DNA of 64,000 nucleotides. Source: Candidatus Avacidaminococcus intestinavium. Its GTDB lineage: Bacteria > Bacillota > Negativicutes > Acidaminococcales > Acidaminococcaceae. The position numbers were made by a program, and so were the translations under genes. Positions 39,634 through 46,956 of the stretch are shown piece after piece. Within the stretch, counting starts at the first letter, position 1, and each line of letters starts with the position of its first letter. Below the pieces are notes generated by a model. It was not told where the DNA came from and searched no databases. It was given only the letters and a program-made list of their open reading frames with translations. The stretch is taken from positions 13,158 to 77,157 of the forward strand of contig DVNI01000040.1 in assembly GCA_018714505.1 (NCBI GenBank). The letters run 5' to 3'.

Positions 39634-42600
39634 ATGAAAAAAGTGGTTGTGGTCAAGGTGAAAAATGACCAGCAAGAGGTAGCTCAAAAAGAGGTTGTTG
39701 TCAAAAGTTCTGTCGAAGGTGCGGTGCTTACCGAACCGCTAGTAATTAAAGCGGAAGCAGGAGCGCAGTATGAATTTATTAATAAAGACACTGGACGTTA
39801 TTCAAAGCATATTATAGTTAAGCATGTCGATAATGATTTATGGGTGTTCTTTACAGACGAAGGTAATACGACGGAAACACCGGATGTTATTATTGAATCT
39901 TATTATGATTATCCATCAGATTCTTTGTTTGGCCTATCTGGTAAAGGTAGTGCCTATGAATATGTACCAGTAGAAGATAGTGTAGAATATACGACTGCTA
40001 GTTTACCAGATAACGATACATTGCTGTTGCATATCGAACGTGATAATGGTGGCGCAGCTTGGCTCTGGCCGGCATTAGCAGCAGGTGGTATTGGAGCCGC
40101 GATTGGTAGCGGTTCTGATGACGATTGTCCGAAGGATACAACGCCACCGAATATTACAGTAGAAGTGCCAGACGTAACTAACGATACAACGCCGGTTATT
40201 AAAGGCACAACTGATGCGCCAGAGGGCAGTACTGTTACTGTGATGATTACACCGAAGGATGGCGGAACGCCTATCGAAATAAAGGTAACAGTTGATGAAA
40301 AAGGTAACTATAAGGTTGACTTCCCAGAAGGAACAGAAATTCCAGAAGGTCCTTTTGATGTTACGGCAAAAGTAACAGATCCAGCAGGTAACGAAGGAAC
40401 AGCCATTGATAACGGCATGATTGATACAATTGCTCCAAGCATTACGGTCGAAGTACCAGAAGAAACTAACGATAAAACACCAACTATTACAGGCACTACT
40501 GATGCAAAAGATGGTAGCATTATTGAATTAACGATTACCGATCAAGCAGACAAGAGCCAAACTGTTCAAACAGTCGCTAAAGATGGTAATTATAAAGTAG
40601 TAGTAACAGAAGAACTAGCAGAAGGCAAATTTGATGTTACAGCAAAAGTAACAGACCCAGCAGGTAACGAAGGCACTGCAAAAAATAACGGTGTTATTGA
40701 TACAACTGCTCCGAAAATTACTGTAGATGTGCCAGAAAATACAAATGATACAACACCAAGCATTACAGGTCATGTTGATGGTGTAGAACCAGGTACGACA
40801 GTTACTCTAACAATTAAACCAAAAGCAGGAGAACCTATTACGCTAACAACCATAACTGATGGTAAGGGTGATTATAGTGTTAGTGTACCAGATGCTAATA
40901 AGTTGCCAGAAGGCGATTTTGACGTTACGGCAAAAGTAACAGATCCAGCAGGTAACGAAGGAACAGCCATTGATAACGGTATGATTGATACAATTGCTCC
41001 GAAAATTACTGTAGATGTGCCAGAAAATACAAACGATACGACGCCAGAAATTACAGGTCATGTTGATAGTGTAGAACCAGGTACAACAGTTACTTTAACG
41101 ATTAAACCAAAAGTAGGAGAACCTATTACGCTAACAGCCACAACTGATGTTAAGGGTGATTATAGTGTTAGTGTACCAGATGCTAATAAGTTGCCAGAAG
41201 GTGATTTTGAGGTTACAGCAAAAGTGACAGATCCAGCGGGTAACACGGCGACTGCAAAAGATGATGGTATGATTGATACAACTAAACCAGAAATAACTGT
41301 AGAAGTGCCAGATGTAACAGGTAATAATAAGACTCCTGATATTATCGGTAAAGTAACAGGTGTGGATGCTAATACGCCGGTAAAAGTAGTAGTGACACTG
41401 AAAGGCGGTGGTACGCCTGTTGAGCTTGACACTATAACTGACGAAGATGGAAATTACAAAGTAACCTTACCGGAAAATTTACCGGAAGGAGATTTTGACG
41501 TAGTAGCAAAAGTAACAGATCCAGCAGGCAATACGGCGACTGATGATGGTAACGGGGTTATTGATACAATTGCCCCAAGCATTACGGTAGATGTGCCAGA
41601 CGTAAGTAATAATAAAACACCAGAAATTACAGGTACGACTGATGCGCCAGAGGGCAGTAAAGTAACCTTGGTAATCACAGATAATGACGGTAAGGTTATT
41701 GAAACAATTGAAAACGTTGAAGTTGCTGATGGTAAATATACGGCAACTCCTAAAGAATTGCCAGAGGGTAACTTTGAGGTTACGGCAAAAGTAACAGATC
41801 CAGCAGGTAACGAAGGAACAGCGATTGATAGCGGTTTGATTTCCGCTAAAGCACCGACGATTACAGTTATTGCACCGGATGATGTGAATGATGCTACACC
41901 AGAAATTACAGGTACGACTGATGCGCCAGAGGGCAGTAAAGTAACTTTGGTAATCAAAGATAATGCTGGTAATGTTATTGAAACAATTGAAAATGTTGAA
42001 GTTGCGGGCGGTAAATATATAGCAACTACTAAAGAATTGCCAGAAGGTGATTTTACTGTTGAAGCGACAGTTGAAGATGGTAAAGGTAATAGTGCAACAG
42101 CAACTGATAGTGGTAGCGTAGATTTATTGCCAGAAATTACTGTAGAAGTACCAGAAAAAACTGACGATAGTACGCCAGAAATCACTGGTACAGTTAAGAA
42201 TGTACCAGAAGGTAGTGATGTAACAATTACAATTACGCCAGAAGATGGCAGTGGTCCTATTGAAGTAAAGGCAAAAGTTGATGACCAAGGTAACTATAAG
42301 GTTACTTTCCCCGAAGGAAAAGAAATTCCGGAAGGTGATTTTGATGTAAACGTTAGCGTTCAAGATATAGAAAATAATACAGCGATTAATACTGGTAAAG
42401 GTAGCGTAGATTTATTGCCAGAAATCACTGTAGAAGTGCCAGAAAAGACTAGCGATATCACGCCAGAAATCACTGGTACAGTTAAGAATGTACCAGAAGG
42501 TAAGGAAGTAAGTATTACAATAAACAAAGATACTGATAAAGAAATTACTTTTACGGCAAAGGTTGAAAAAGATGGAACGTATAAGGCAGAAGTGCCTAGT

Positions 42601-44508
42601 GAATTGACAGAAGGCGAATTTAAGGTAGAGGTTAGCGTTCAAGACAAAGAGGGTAATACAGCTATTAATACGGATACAGGCGTTATTGAATTAGGTGAAC
42701 CTCCTGTGGCACCAACGGCGGAAATTACTATTGGGGATGGAGACGCTGACAAGATTGCTGCTGGTAAGGCAACGACTATTAAAATTACTTTTGATCAAGA
42801 AATTGATCCAGCTACCTTTGTCAGCAGTGACATTAAGGCGAGTGCAGAGGGCGTAACTAATCCGCTAGGTTCGTTCGACAATCTAAGCGCGCCAGTTCTG
42901 AATAAAGAAACGGGTAAGTGGGAAGCGACTGTTGAATTTACGCCGAGTGAAGCGGCTCATGGTAAGGAGATTACCTTTACAATAAAGGATGATTCTTACA
43001 CAGGAGTAAACCAGCTAGCTGGCGGAGGTACAACTGGAGCAACTACCGTTAATACACCACCGACTTTAGAAGTGACGACCGAAACCGAAACCATTGAGTA
43101 TACAGCGGGCGAGAATTTATTTACTGCAGATAAACCACAAGATAATTTTATTAATGTTACAAAGTCGGGTGTGAAAACTATAATTCCAGGTGAAAGAGGC
43201 GAAGCTCTATCTCTACATAATGATAATGGTTACTATGAGGGTATATTGAAAACATCTCCACAAATAAAGTTAGGAGAAGTGCTACAATTGGATTTAAGCT
43301 GGAATAATGGTTGGTATGATGGATCTTCTGGTGGTAAAGCGGTATTAGATATTTCTTATGGCAATGATTCTAAATGGAATAAATTTATGACTATAACAAC
43401 TCCAGATGGTAACCTTGGCGAAGGCGTGTATGGCAACACACCATTTCCAGAGACATCTTTATTTGCAACGATTACTTTAGCTGAAGGCGTAGAGATATCT
43501 ATGGATGAAGGAAGAACATGGCATAATTCTATCACTTGCCAAGAGATTCAATGGAAAACATGGATGTTAAATACGAGCCAGGATATAGGTTCGCTTAAAG
43601 GGTGGGATGAAAGTTTTCTTAAGCAATTTATGGTTAAGTTGCCTGATAGTATGATTGCTCCAGATAATCAAATCAAAATTAATTGGGAGGCTGTAGGAGA
43701 TCCTGCCGATGACTTCCAGCTTGGTGGCATCAAGGTATTGACGCCTGCTGAGCCGACTCCTGGTGGAGAACCGGGTGCTGACAACACGGTTGATTACAAC
43801 GGTGCGAATGGCGAAGAAGCAGTTATTGGTTTATTAGATAAGGTCGCAGTTTCGGATACTAATGCAGATTCTATTAAATCGGTAGAGATTACCTTAAATG
43901 GTTATGAAACTGGTGACCAAATGTGGTTGAAAGGTCATGAGACTAATGCTGGGGAAATTGATGGCTTTAGTTATGAAGTTAAGGTCGATGGTGATAAACT
44001 AGTATTAACCATTGATGCTTCTAGTGCAGATGTTGCTCCGGATAAATGGAATGATTTAATCCATTCCTTGCAGTTCGGTACGACGGGTGCAGCGGGCGAG
44101 CGGACCATTGACTTTGTGATTAATGATGGTTTGGACGATAGTGCTAAAGAGACGATTACCATCGACGTTAAAGCACCGGCACCGGCAACAGGTGGTGTTC
44201 CTGATGTAGTGGGTACTTCTGGTGGCACAGCAGATGCCTTGTTTGAAACAGATGCGATTGCCATGCTCTTAGACGCTACGGCAGATGCTGCAAGTGATGA
44301 TACTGATGCTAGTGCTGACGTGCAGCTACCGCATTTAAGAGAGGTCTTAGCGGAGGACAGTGCAGCAGACTTAGGTCAGTCGACACTCTTTGCTGATGGT
44401 GTAGATCTAGGTTTAGCGCAAGACACGCTAGACTTCTATTATCTAGCACCAACGCATGAACAAGATGAACTTGATGCGGCTTTACAGTTGCAGCAAGTAG
44501 TACTCTAA
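39634..44508 (+). CDS. giant repetitive T1SS-type adhesin (BapA/LapA-like: N-terminal prefix domain, Gly/Ala hydrophobic linker, 9 tandem Ig-like repeats, unique C-terminal domains, acidic C-terminal tail)
   Basis: 1,624 aa with no Sec signal peptide. N-terminal ~150 aa resemble the BapA-prefix domain, followed by AAWLWPALAAGGIGAAIGSGSDDD. Nine ~96-aa repeats of the type APxITVxVPExTNDTTPxITGT...PEGxFxVTAKVTDPAGN. The tail is Asp/Glu/Ala/Leu-rich and Cys-free. The gene sits immediately downstream of tolC-hlyB-hlyD. Confidence 0.85.
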   Translation: MKKVVVVKVKNDQQEVAQKEVVVKSSVEGAVLTEPLVIKAEAGAQYEFINKDTGRYSKHIIVKHVDNDLWVFFTDEGNTTETPDVIIESYYDYPSDSLFGLSGKGSAYEYVPVEDSVEYTTASLPDNDTLLLHIERDNGGAAWLWPALAAGGIGAAIGSGSDDDCPKDTTPPNITVEVPDVTNDTTPVIKGTTDAPEGSTVTVMITPKDGGTPIEIKVTVDEKGNYKVDFPEGTEIPEGPFDVTAKVTDPAGNEGTAIDNGMIDTIAPSITVEVPEETNDKTPTITGTTDAKDGSIIELTITDQADKSQTVQTVAKDGNYKVVVTEELAEGKFDVTAKVTDPAGNEGTAKNNGVIDTTAPKITVDVPENTNDTTPSITGHVDGVEPGTTVTLTIKPKAGEPITLTTITDGKGDYSVSVPDANKLPEGDFDVTAKVTDPAGNEGTAIDNGMIDTIAPKITVDVPENTNDTTPEITGHVDSVEPGTTVTLTIKPKVGEPITLTATTDVKGDYSVSVPDANKLPEGDFEVTAKVTDPAGNTATAKDDGMIDTTKPEITVEVPDVTGNNKTPDIIGKVTGVDANTPVKVVVTLKGGGTPVELDTITDEDGNYKVTLPENLPEGDFDVVAKVTDPAGNTATDDGNGVIDTIAPSITVDVPDVSNNKTPEITGTTDAPEGSKVTLVITDNDGKVIETIENVEVADGKYTATPKELPEGNFEVTAKVTDPAGNEGTAIDSGLISAKAPTITVIAPDDVNDATPEITGTTDAPEGSKVTLVIKDNAGNVIETIENVEVAGGKYIATTKELPEGDFTVEATVEDGKGNSATATDSGSVDLLPEITVEVPEKTDDSTPEITGTVKNVPEGSDVTITITPEDGSGPIEVKAKVDDQGNYKVTFPEGKEIPEGDFDVNVSVQDIENNTAINTGKGSVDLLPEITVEVPEKTSDITPEITGTVKNVPEGKEVSITINKDTDKEITFTAKVEKDGTYKAEVPSELTEGEFKVEVSVQDKEGNTAINTDTGVIELGEPPVAPTAEITIGDGDADKIAAGKATTIKITFDQEIDPATFVSSDIKASAEGVTNPLGSFDNLSAPVLNKETGKWEATVEFTPSEAAHGKEITFTIKDDSYTGVNQLAGGGTTGATTVNTPPTLEVTTETETIEYTAGENLFTADKPQDNFINVTKSGVKTIIPGERGEALSLHNDNGYYEGILKTSPQIKLGEVLQLDLSWNNGWYDGSSGGKAVLDISYGNDSKWNKFMTITTPDGNLGEGVYGNTPFPETSLFATITLAEGVEISMDEGRTWHNSITCQEIQWKTWMLNTSQDIGSLKGWDESFLKQFMVKLPDSMIAPDNQIKINWEAVGDPADDFQLGGIKVLTPAEPTPGGEPGADNTVDYNGANGEEAVIGLLDKVAVSDTNADSIKSVEITLNGYETGDQMWLKGHETNAGEIDGFSYEVKVDGDKLVLTIDASSADVAPDKWNDLIHSLQFGTTGAAGERTIDFVINDGLDDSAKETITIDVKAPAPATGGVPDVVGTSGGTADALFETDAIAMLLDATADAASDDTDASADVQLPHLREVLAEDSAADLGQSTLFADGVDLGLAQDTLDFYYLAPTHEQDELDAALQLQQVVL
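40135..42693 (+). repeat. tandem array of nine ~288-bp coding repeats inside the adhesin gene
   Basis: The period is 288 bp (for example CCGAAAATTACTGTAGATGTGCCAGAAAATAC at 40711 and 40999). Neighbouring units 3/4, 6/7 and 8/9 are roughly 90% identical at DNA level by eye. A ~58-nt stretch recurs at 40379 and 40942 with a single C/T difference. Confidence 0.9.
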
Positions 44509-44530
44509 GTTTTATAAAAATATAAAGATA

Positions 44531-44576
44531 AAAAGGACAAGACTTATTTATGAGTCTTGTCCTTTTTGGTTTTTTA
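44531..44576 (+). terminator. rho-independent terminator after the adhesin gene
   Basis: AAAAGGACAAGACT..AGTCTTGTCCTTTT hairpin followed by TGGTTTTTT. Confidence 0.85.
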
Positions 44577-44704
44577 ACATTTAAGTGAAGATTGCTTTAA
44601 ATACTTGACTAAAAGGGTGGGTTATCGTTTAGAATTAGATTAAAGCAAGGAAGGGCACTTAAAAATAATTTGTGTTTCTTGCGGATAGAGAGGCGGTGCA
44701 GGTA

Positions 44705-45979
44705 ATGCGTCGAATATATATCTTAGGTATTATTATAGTGTTCTTTATTATAGGTGGCGTGTTTGCTTGGCAGCAAGGTTTGCGGGGAATGCGCTGTTCT
44801 GCTTCAGATGGTATGAAGGTTTTGGAAGAAGCGGCGCAACATAACTTGCGTCAGGTCGTGGTAGGCGATAGTACGACAGGTCGCACGATTATGTGGCAAA
44901 GTGATAAAAGGTTGCCAGAGATGATTTTAGAATATAGAAAAACAAATGGTGGAGAACTACAGACTAAGAGTGCAGAGCCAAAAGAGTTTGCCGAAGATGG
45001 CAAGACTGACTATGTCTACAATGTGCTTTTAGATAATTTAGAGTCGGGACAAGCCTATGTGTATCGCATAGGGTATGCTGATCGACGTAGTGAATGGACT
45101 ACGCTTAGCACGCCTATGAAAAATCAAGGTTTTAAAGCACTGGTTTTTCCTGATTCGCAGTCCAGTGATTACCATGATTGGCAAAAACTAGCAGAAGCAG
45201 CCTTTACGGCAAATCCTGATACAGCGTTCTTCATTAATATGGGGGACTTGGTGGACAATGGAGAAGATCGTTATCAGTGGCAGGAGTGGTTTAAAGGTGT
45301 AACGCGTGTTCGGAGCATTCCTATTGCACCGGTGATGGGTAATCATGAAACTTATGATAAAAAGTGGGAAGTTCGAATGCCGGTGGCGTATTTAAGACTT
45401 TTTGCTTTACCGCCGAATGGTAGCAGTGCGTTAGAAGGACAACATTATGCGTTTAGCTACGGTAAAGCGGAGTTTTTTGTGCTTAATACGCAGCTAAGTG
45501 AACTCTCTAAGTGGCAACCAACGATGCTTTCTGAGCAAATTGCTTGGTTACAACAAGTGTTAGAGCATTCGACCGCCAGGTGGAAGGTGGTCTTATTGCA
45601 TAAGGATCTTTTTACCTATGCTTTTAAACAAAAAGATAGTCGGGCTGCCGGCATTAATGAAATGGGCAGAACTTTGATGCCTATTTTTGATAAATATGGT
45701 GTAGATGTAGTATTGAGTGCGCATTTACATACTTATAGAAACCGTGGCTTGGTCTATAATTTTGAACGCGCGGAGCATGGCACGCTTTATGTGTTGACTG
45801 GTGTAGCTGGTAATGTGCGCTATCCGGATTTATGGGCGGTACATCCGCTTGACGAGAAAGGAGCTCCAGAACCGGAGCTTGGTAATTATCTGACGTTAAC
45901 AGTTGATGGAGATAGTTTATTATTAGAAACTTTTATCACAGATGGCACGAAGATTGATAGTGTTCATTTAGTGAAGTGA
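44705..45979 (+). CDS. membrane-anchored metallophosphoesterase (purple acid phosphatase-like)
   Basis: N-terminal signal anchor MRRIYILGIIIVFFIIGGVFAW, a PAP-type N-terminal beta domain, and metallophosphatase motifs GDLVDNG, GNHE and SAHLHTY. The track start at GTG 44672 is less likely. Confidence 0.8.
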   Translation: MRRIYILGIIIVFFIIGGVFAWQQGLRGMRCSASDGMKVLEEAAQHNLRQVVVGDSTTGRTIMWQSDKRLPEMILEYRKTNGGELQTKSAEPKEFAEDGKTDYVYNVLLDNLESGQAYVYRIGYADRRSEWTTLSTPMKNQGFKALVFPDSQSSDYHDWQKLAEAAFTANPDTAFFINMGDLVDNGEDRYQWQEWFKGVTRVRSIPIAPVMGNHETYDKKWEVRMPVAYLRLFALPPNGSSALEGQHYAFSYGKAEFFVLNTQLSELSKWQPTMLSEQIAWLQQVLEHSTARWKVVLLHKDLFTYAFKQKDSRAAGINEMGRTLMPIFDKYGVDVVLSAHLHTYRNRGLVYNFERAEHGTLYVLTGVAGNVRYPDLWAVHPLDEKGAPEPELGNYLTLTVDGDSLLLETFITDGTKIDSVHLVK

Positions 45980-45998
45980 ATGAAGGTGGGTGTAAATA

Positions 45999-46673
45999 GT
46001 GCGTGATAAGGGAGCTTTGCAGGGAAAATTATTTCGGGGTATGTCTTTGGCAGAGACGGAGCAGTTATTAGAAAGCTTGGGGGCAAGGGTTGTTCGGTAT
46101 AAAAAGGGGATGCTGGTTTTTCAAGAAGAGGATACAGCGGCGAATCTTTATGTTTTGGTGCGTGGCAAGGTTGCCATTGGTAAGAATAGTTATCTGGGTA
46201 AACAAATGATGGCGGCGATTTTTACGGAACCGGGTGAGATGTTTGGGGAGGTTTATGCTTTTTTGGATAAGCCGTTTGAGTATTTTGCTTTAGTGGAACA
46301 AGAAAGTGAGATTTTAGAAGTACCGCTTACATTCTTGTCGGATAGTCGTCATGAGTGTACAGTTTTACAAAATATACTTTTACATAATTTATTAAATATT
46401 TTAGCGGAAAAGGCGTATTTTCTTAATCGTAAGTTGCAGGTAATGGCGAGTGGTAATTTGCGGCAAAAGTTGGTCAAATTGTTGCTTGATTCGGCGGATC
46501 AGCGTGGGGTTGTAAGGTTGGCGTTTTCGCGGCAGGGGTTAGCGGAATATCTTAGTGTGGCGAGGCCTTCGTTATCGCGGGAGTTGATGAGTATGCAAAA
46601 AGAGGGTTTGATTGTGGTTAGCGGCAAGCAAATTGTGATTCAAAATCAGGAGCGGTTAGAAAATTATTTATAA
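45999..46673 (+). CDS. Crp/Fnr family transcriptional regulator
   Basis: N-terminal cNMP-binding-like beta-roll (GEMFGEV), C-terminal HTH (RQGLAEYLSVARPSLSRELMSMQKEGLI). There is no N-terminal Cys cluster, so it is not a classical [4Fe-4S] FNR. Confidence 0.85.
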   Translation: MRDKGALQGKLFRGMSLAETEQLLESLGARVVRYKKGMLVFQEEDTAANLYVLVRGKVAIGKNSYLGKQMMAAIFTEPGEMFGEVYAFLDKPFEYFALVEQESEILEVPLTFLSDSRHECTVLQNILLHNLLNILAEKAYFLNRKLQVMASGNLRQKLVKLLLDSADQRGVVRLAFSRQGLAEYLSVARPSLSRELMSMQKEGLIVVSGKQIVIQNQERLENYL

Positions 46674-46856
46674 CAGTCCCGTCACAGTAAAAATTCACAT
46701 AGTAGGCTGTAAGTAGTTGATGTAAATTTCACTGTTCCTCTGGACGTTTCCACACGCGACATTTCGCTTGCTAAGCAATCGGTCGCTGTTGTATAACAGT
46801 CCCGTCACAGTAAAAATTCACATAAGTAGATTGTAAGGTTGGTGTAAATTTTTCAT
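46669..46856 (+). repeat. direct repeat: two copies of a ~60-nt element, 123 bp apart
   Basis: TATAACAGTCCCGTCACAGTAAAAATTCACATA is identical at 46669-46701 and 46792-46824. Each copy continues with a diverged ~30 nt (..GTAGGCTGTAAGTAGTTGATGTAAATTT versus ..AGTAGATTGTAAGGTTGGTGTAAATTT). Copy 1 overlaps the regulator stop codon. Confidence 0.9.
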
Positions 46857-46859
46857 AGG

Positions 46860-46875
46860 GGTAACAATTGTTACC
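46860..46875 (+). promoter_or_regulatory. perfect 16-bp palindrome, candidate Crp/Fnr-family operator centred about -41.5
   Basis: GGTAACAATTGTTACC has GTAAC-N4-GTTAC geometry. Its centre at 46867.5 lies 41.5 nt upstream of the start site predicted from a TAAAAT -10 hexamer at 46897-46902. The ATG of the downstream operon is at 46957. Confidence 0.55.
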
Positions 46876-46956
46876 TCTTTTATTGTTTTTTCTTGCTAAA
46901 ATAGTATTATAAATCAGAGTGTTTTAGTTGGGTTAAAAATAAAGGAGGTTTCTCTT

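Noticed and set aside
39954-42642. Multiple antisense or alternative-frame ORFs inside the adhesin gene (for example 41454-42185, minus strand, 243 aa; 41160-41432; 42124-42363; 42412-42642).
   Set aside because: They lie wholly within a strongly supported 1,624-aa repeat-containing CDS. Their translations are low-complexity (S/T/V/G-rich or F/N/C-rich) mirror images of the repeats, and they have no RBS.
40135-42693. Could the regular 288-bp repeat array be a CRISPR array or a satellite?
   Set aside because: The period is far too long for CRISPR, there is no repeat/spacer alternation, and the array stays in one open reading frame encoding Ig-like domains. No cas genes are in the window.
39634-44508. 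RTX nonapeptide (GGxGxDxUx) repeats and a LapG-type cleavage site in the adhesin.
   Set aside because: I found no tandem GGxGxD motifs before the C-terminus. The linker has a di-alanine (PALAAGGIG) but not the canonical (T/A/P)AAG context, and no LapG/LapD genes are present, so I do not claim LapG-type processing.
46856-46900. The palindrome plus T-rich tract read as a simple rho-independent terminator of the Crp/Fnr gene.
   Set aside because: As a hairpin the perfect part gives only a 6-bp stem with a 4-nt loop. The T-tract is interrupted, and the element lies 185 nt beyond the stop codon. The -41.5 spacing to a TAAAAT hexamer fits an operator better. Termination is not excluded.
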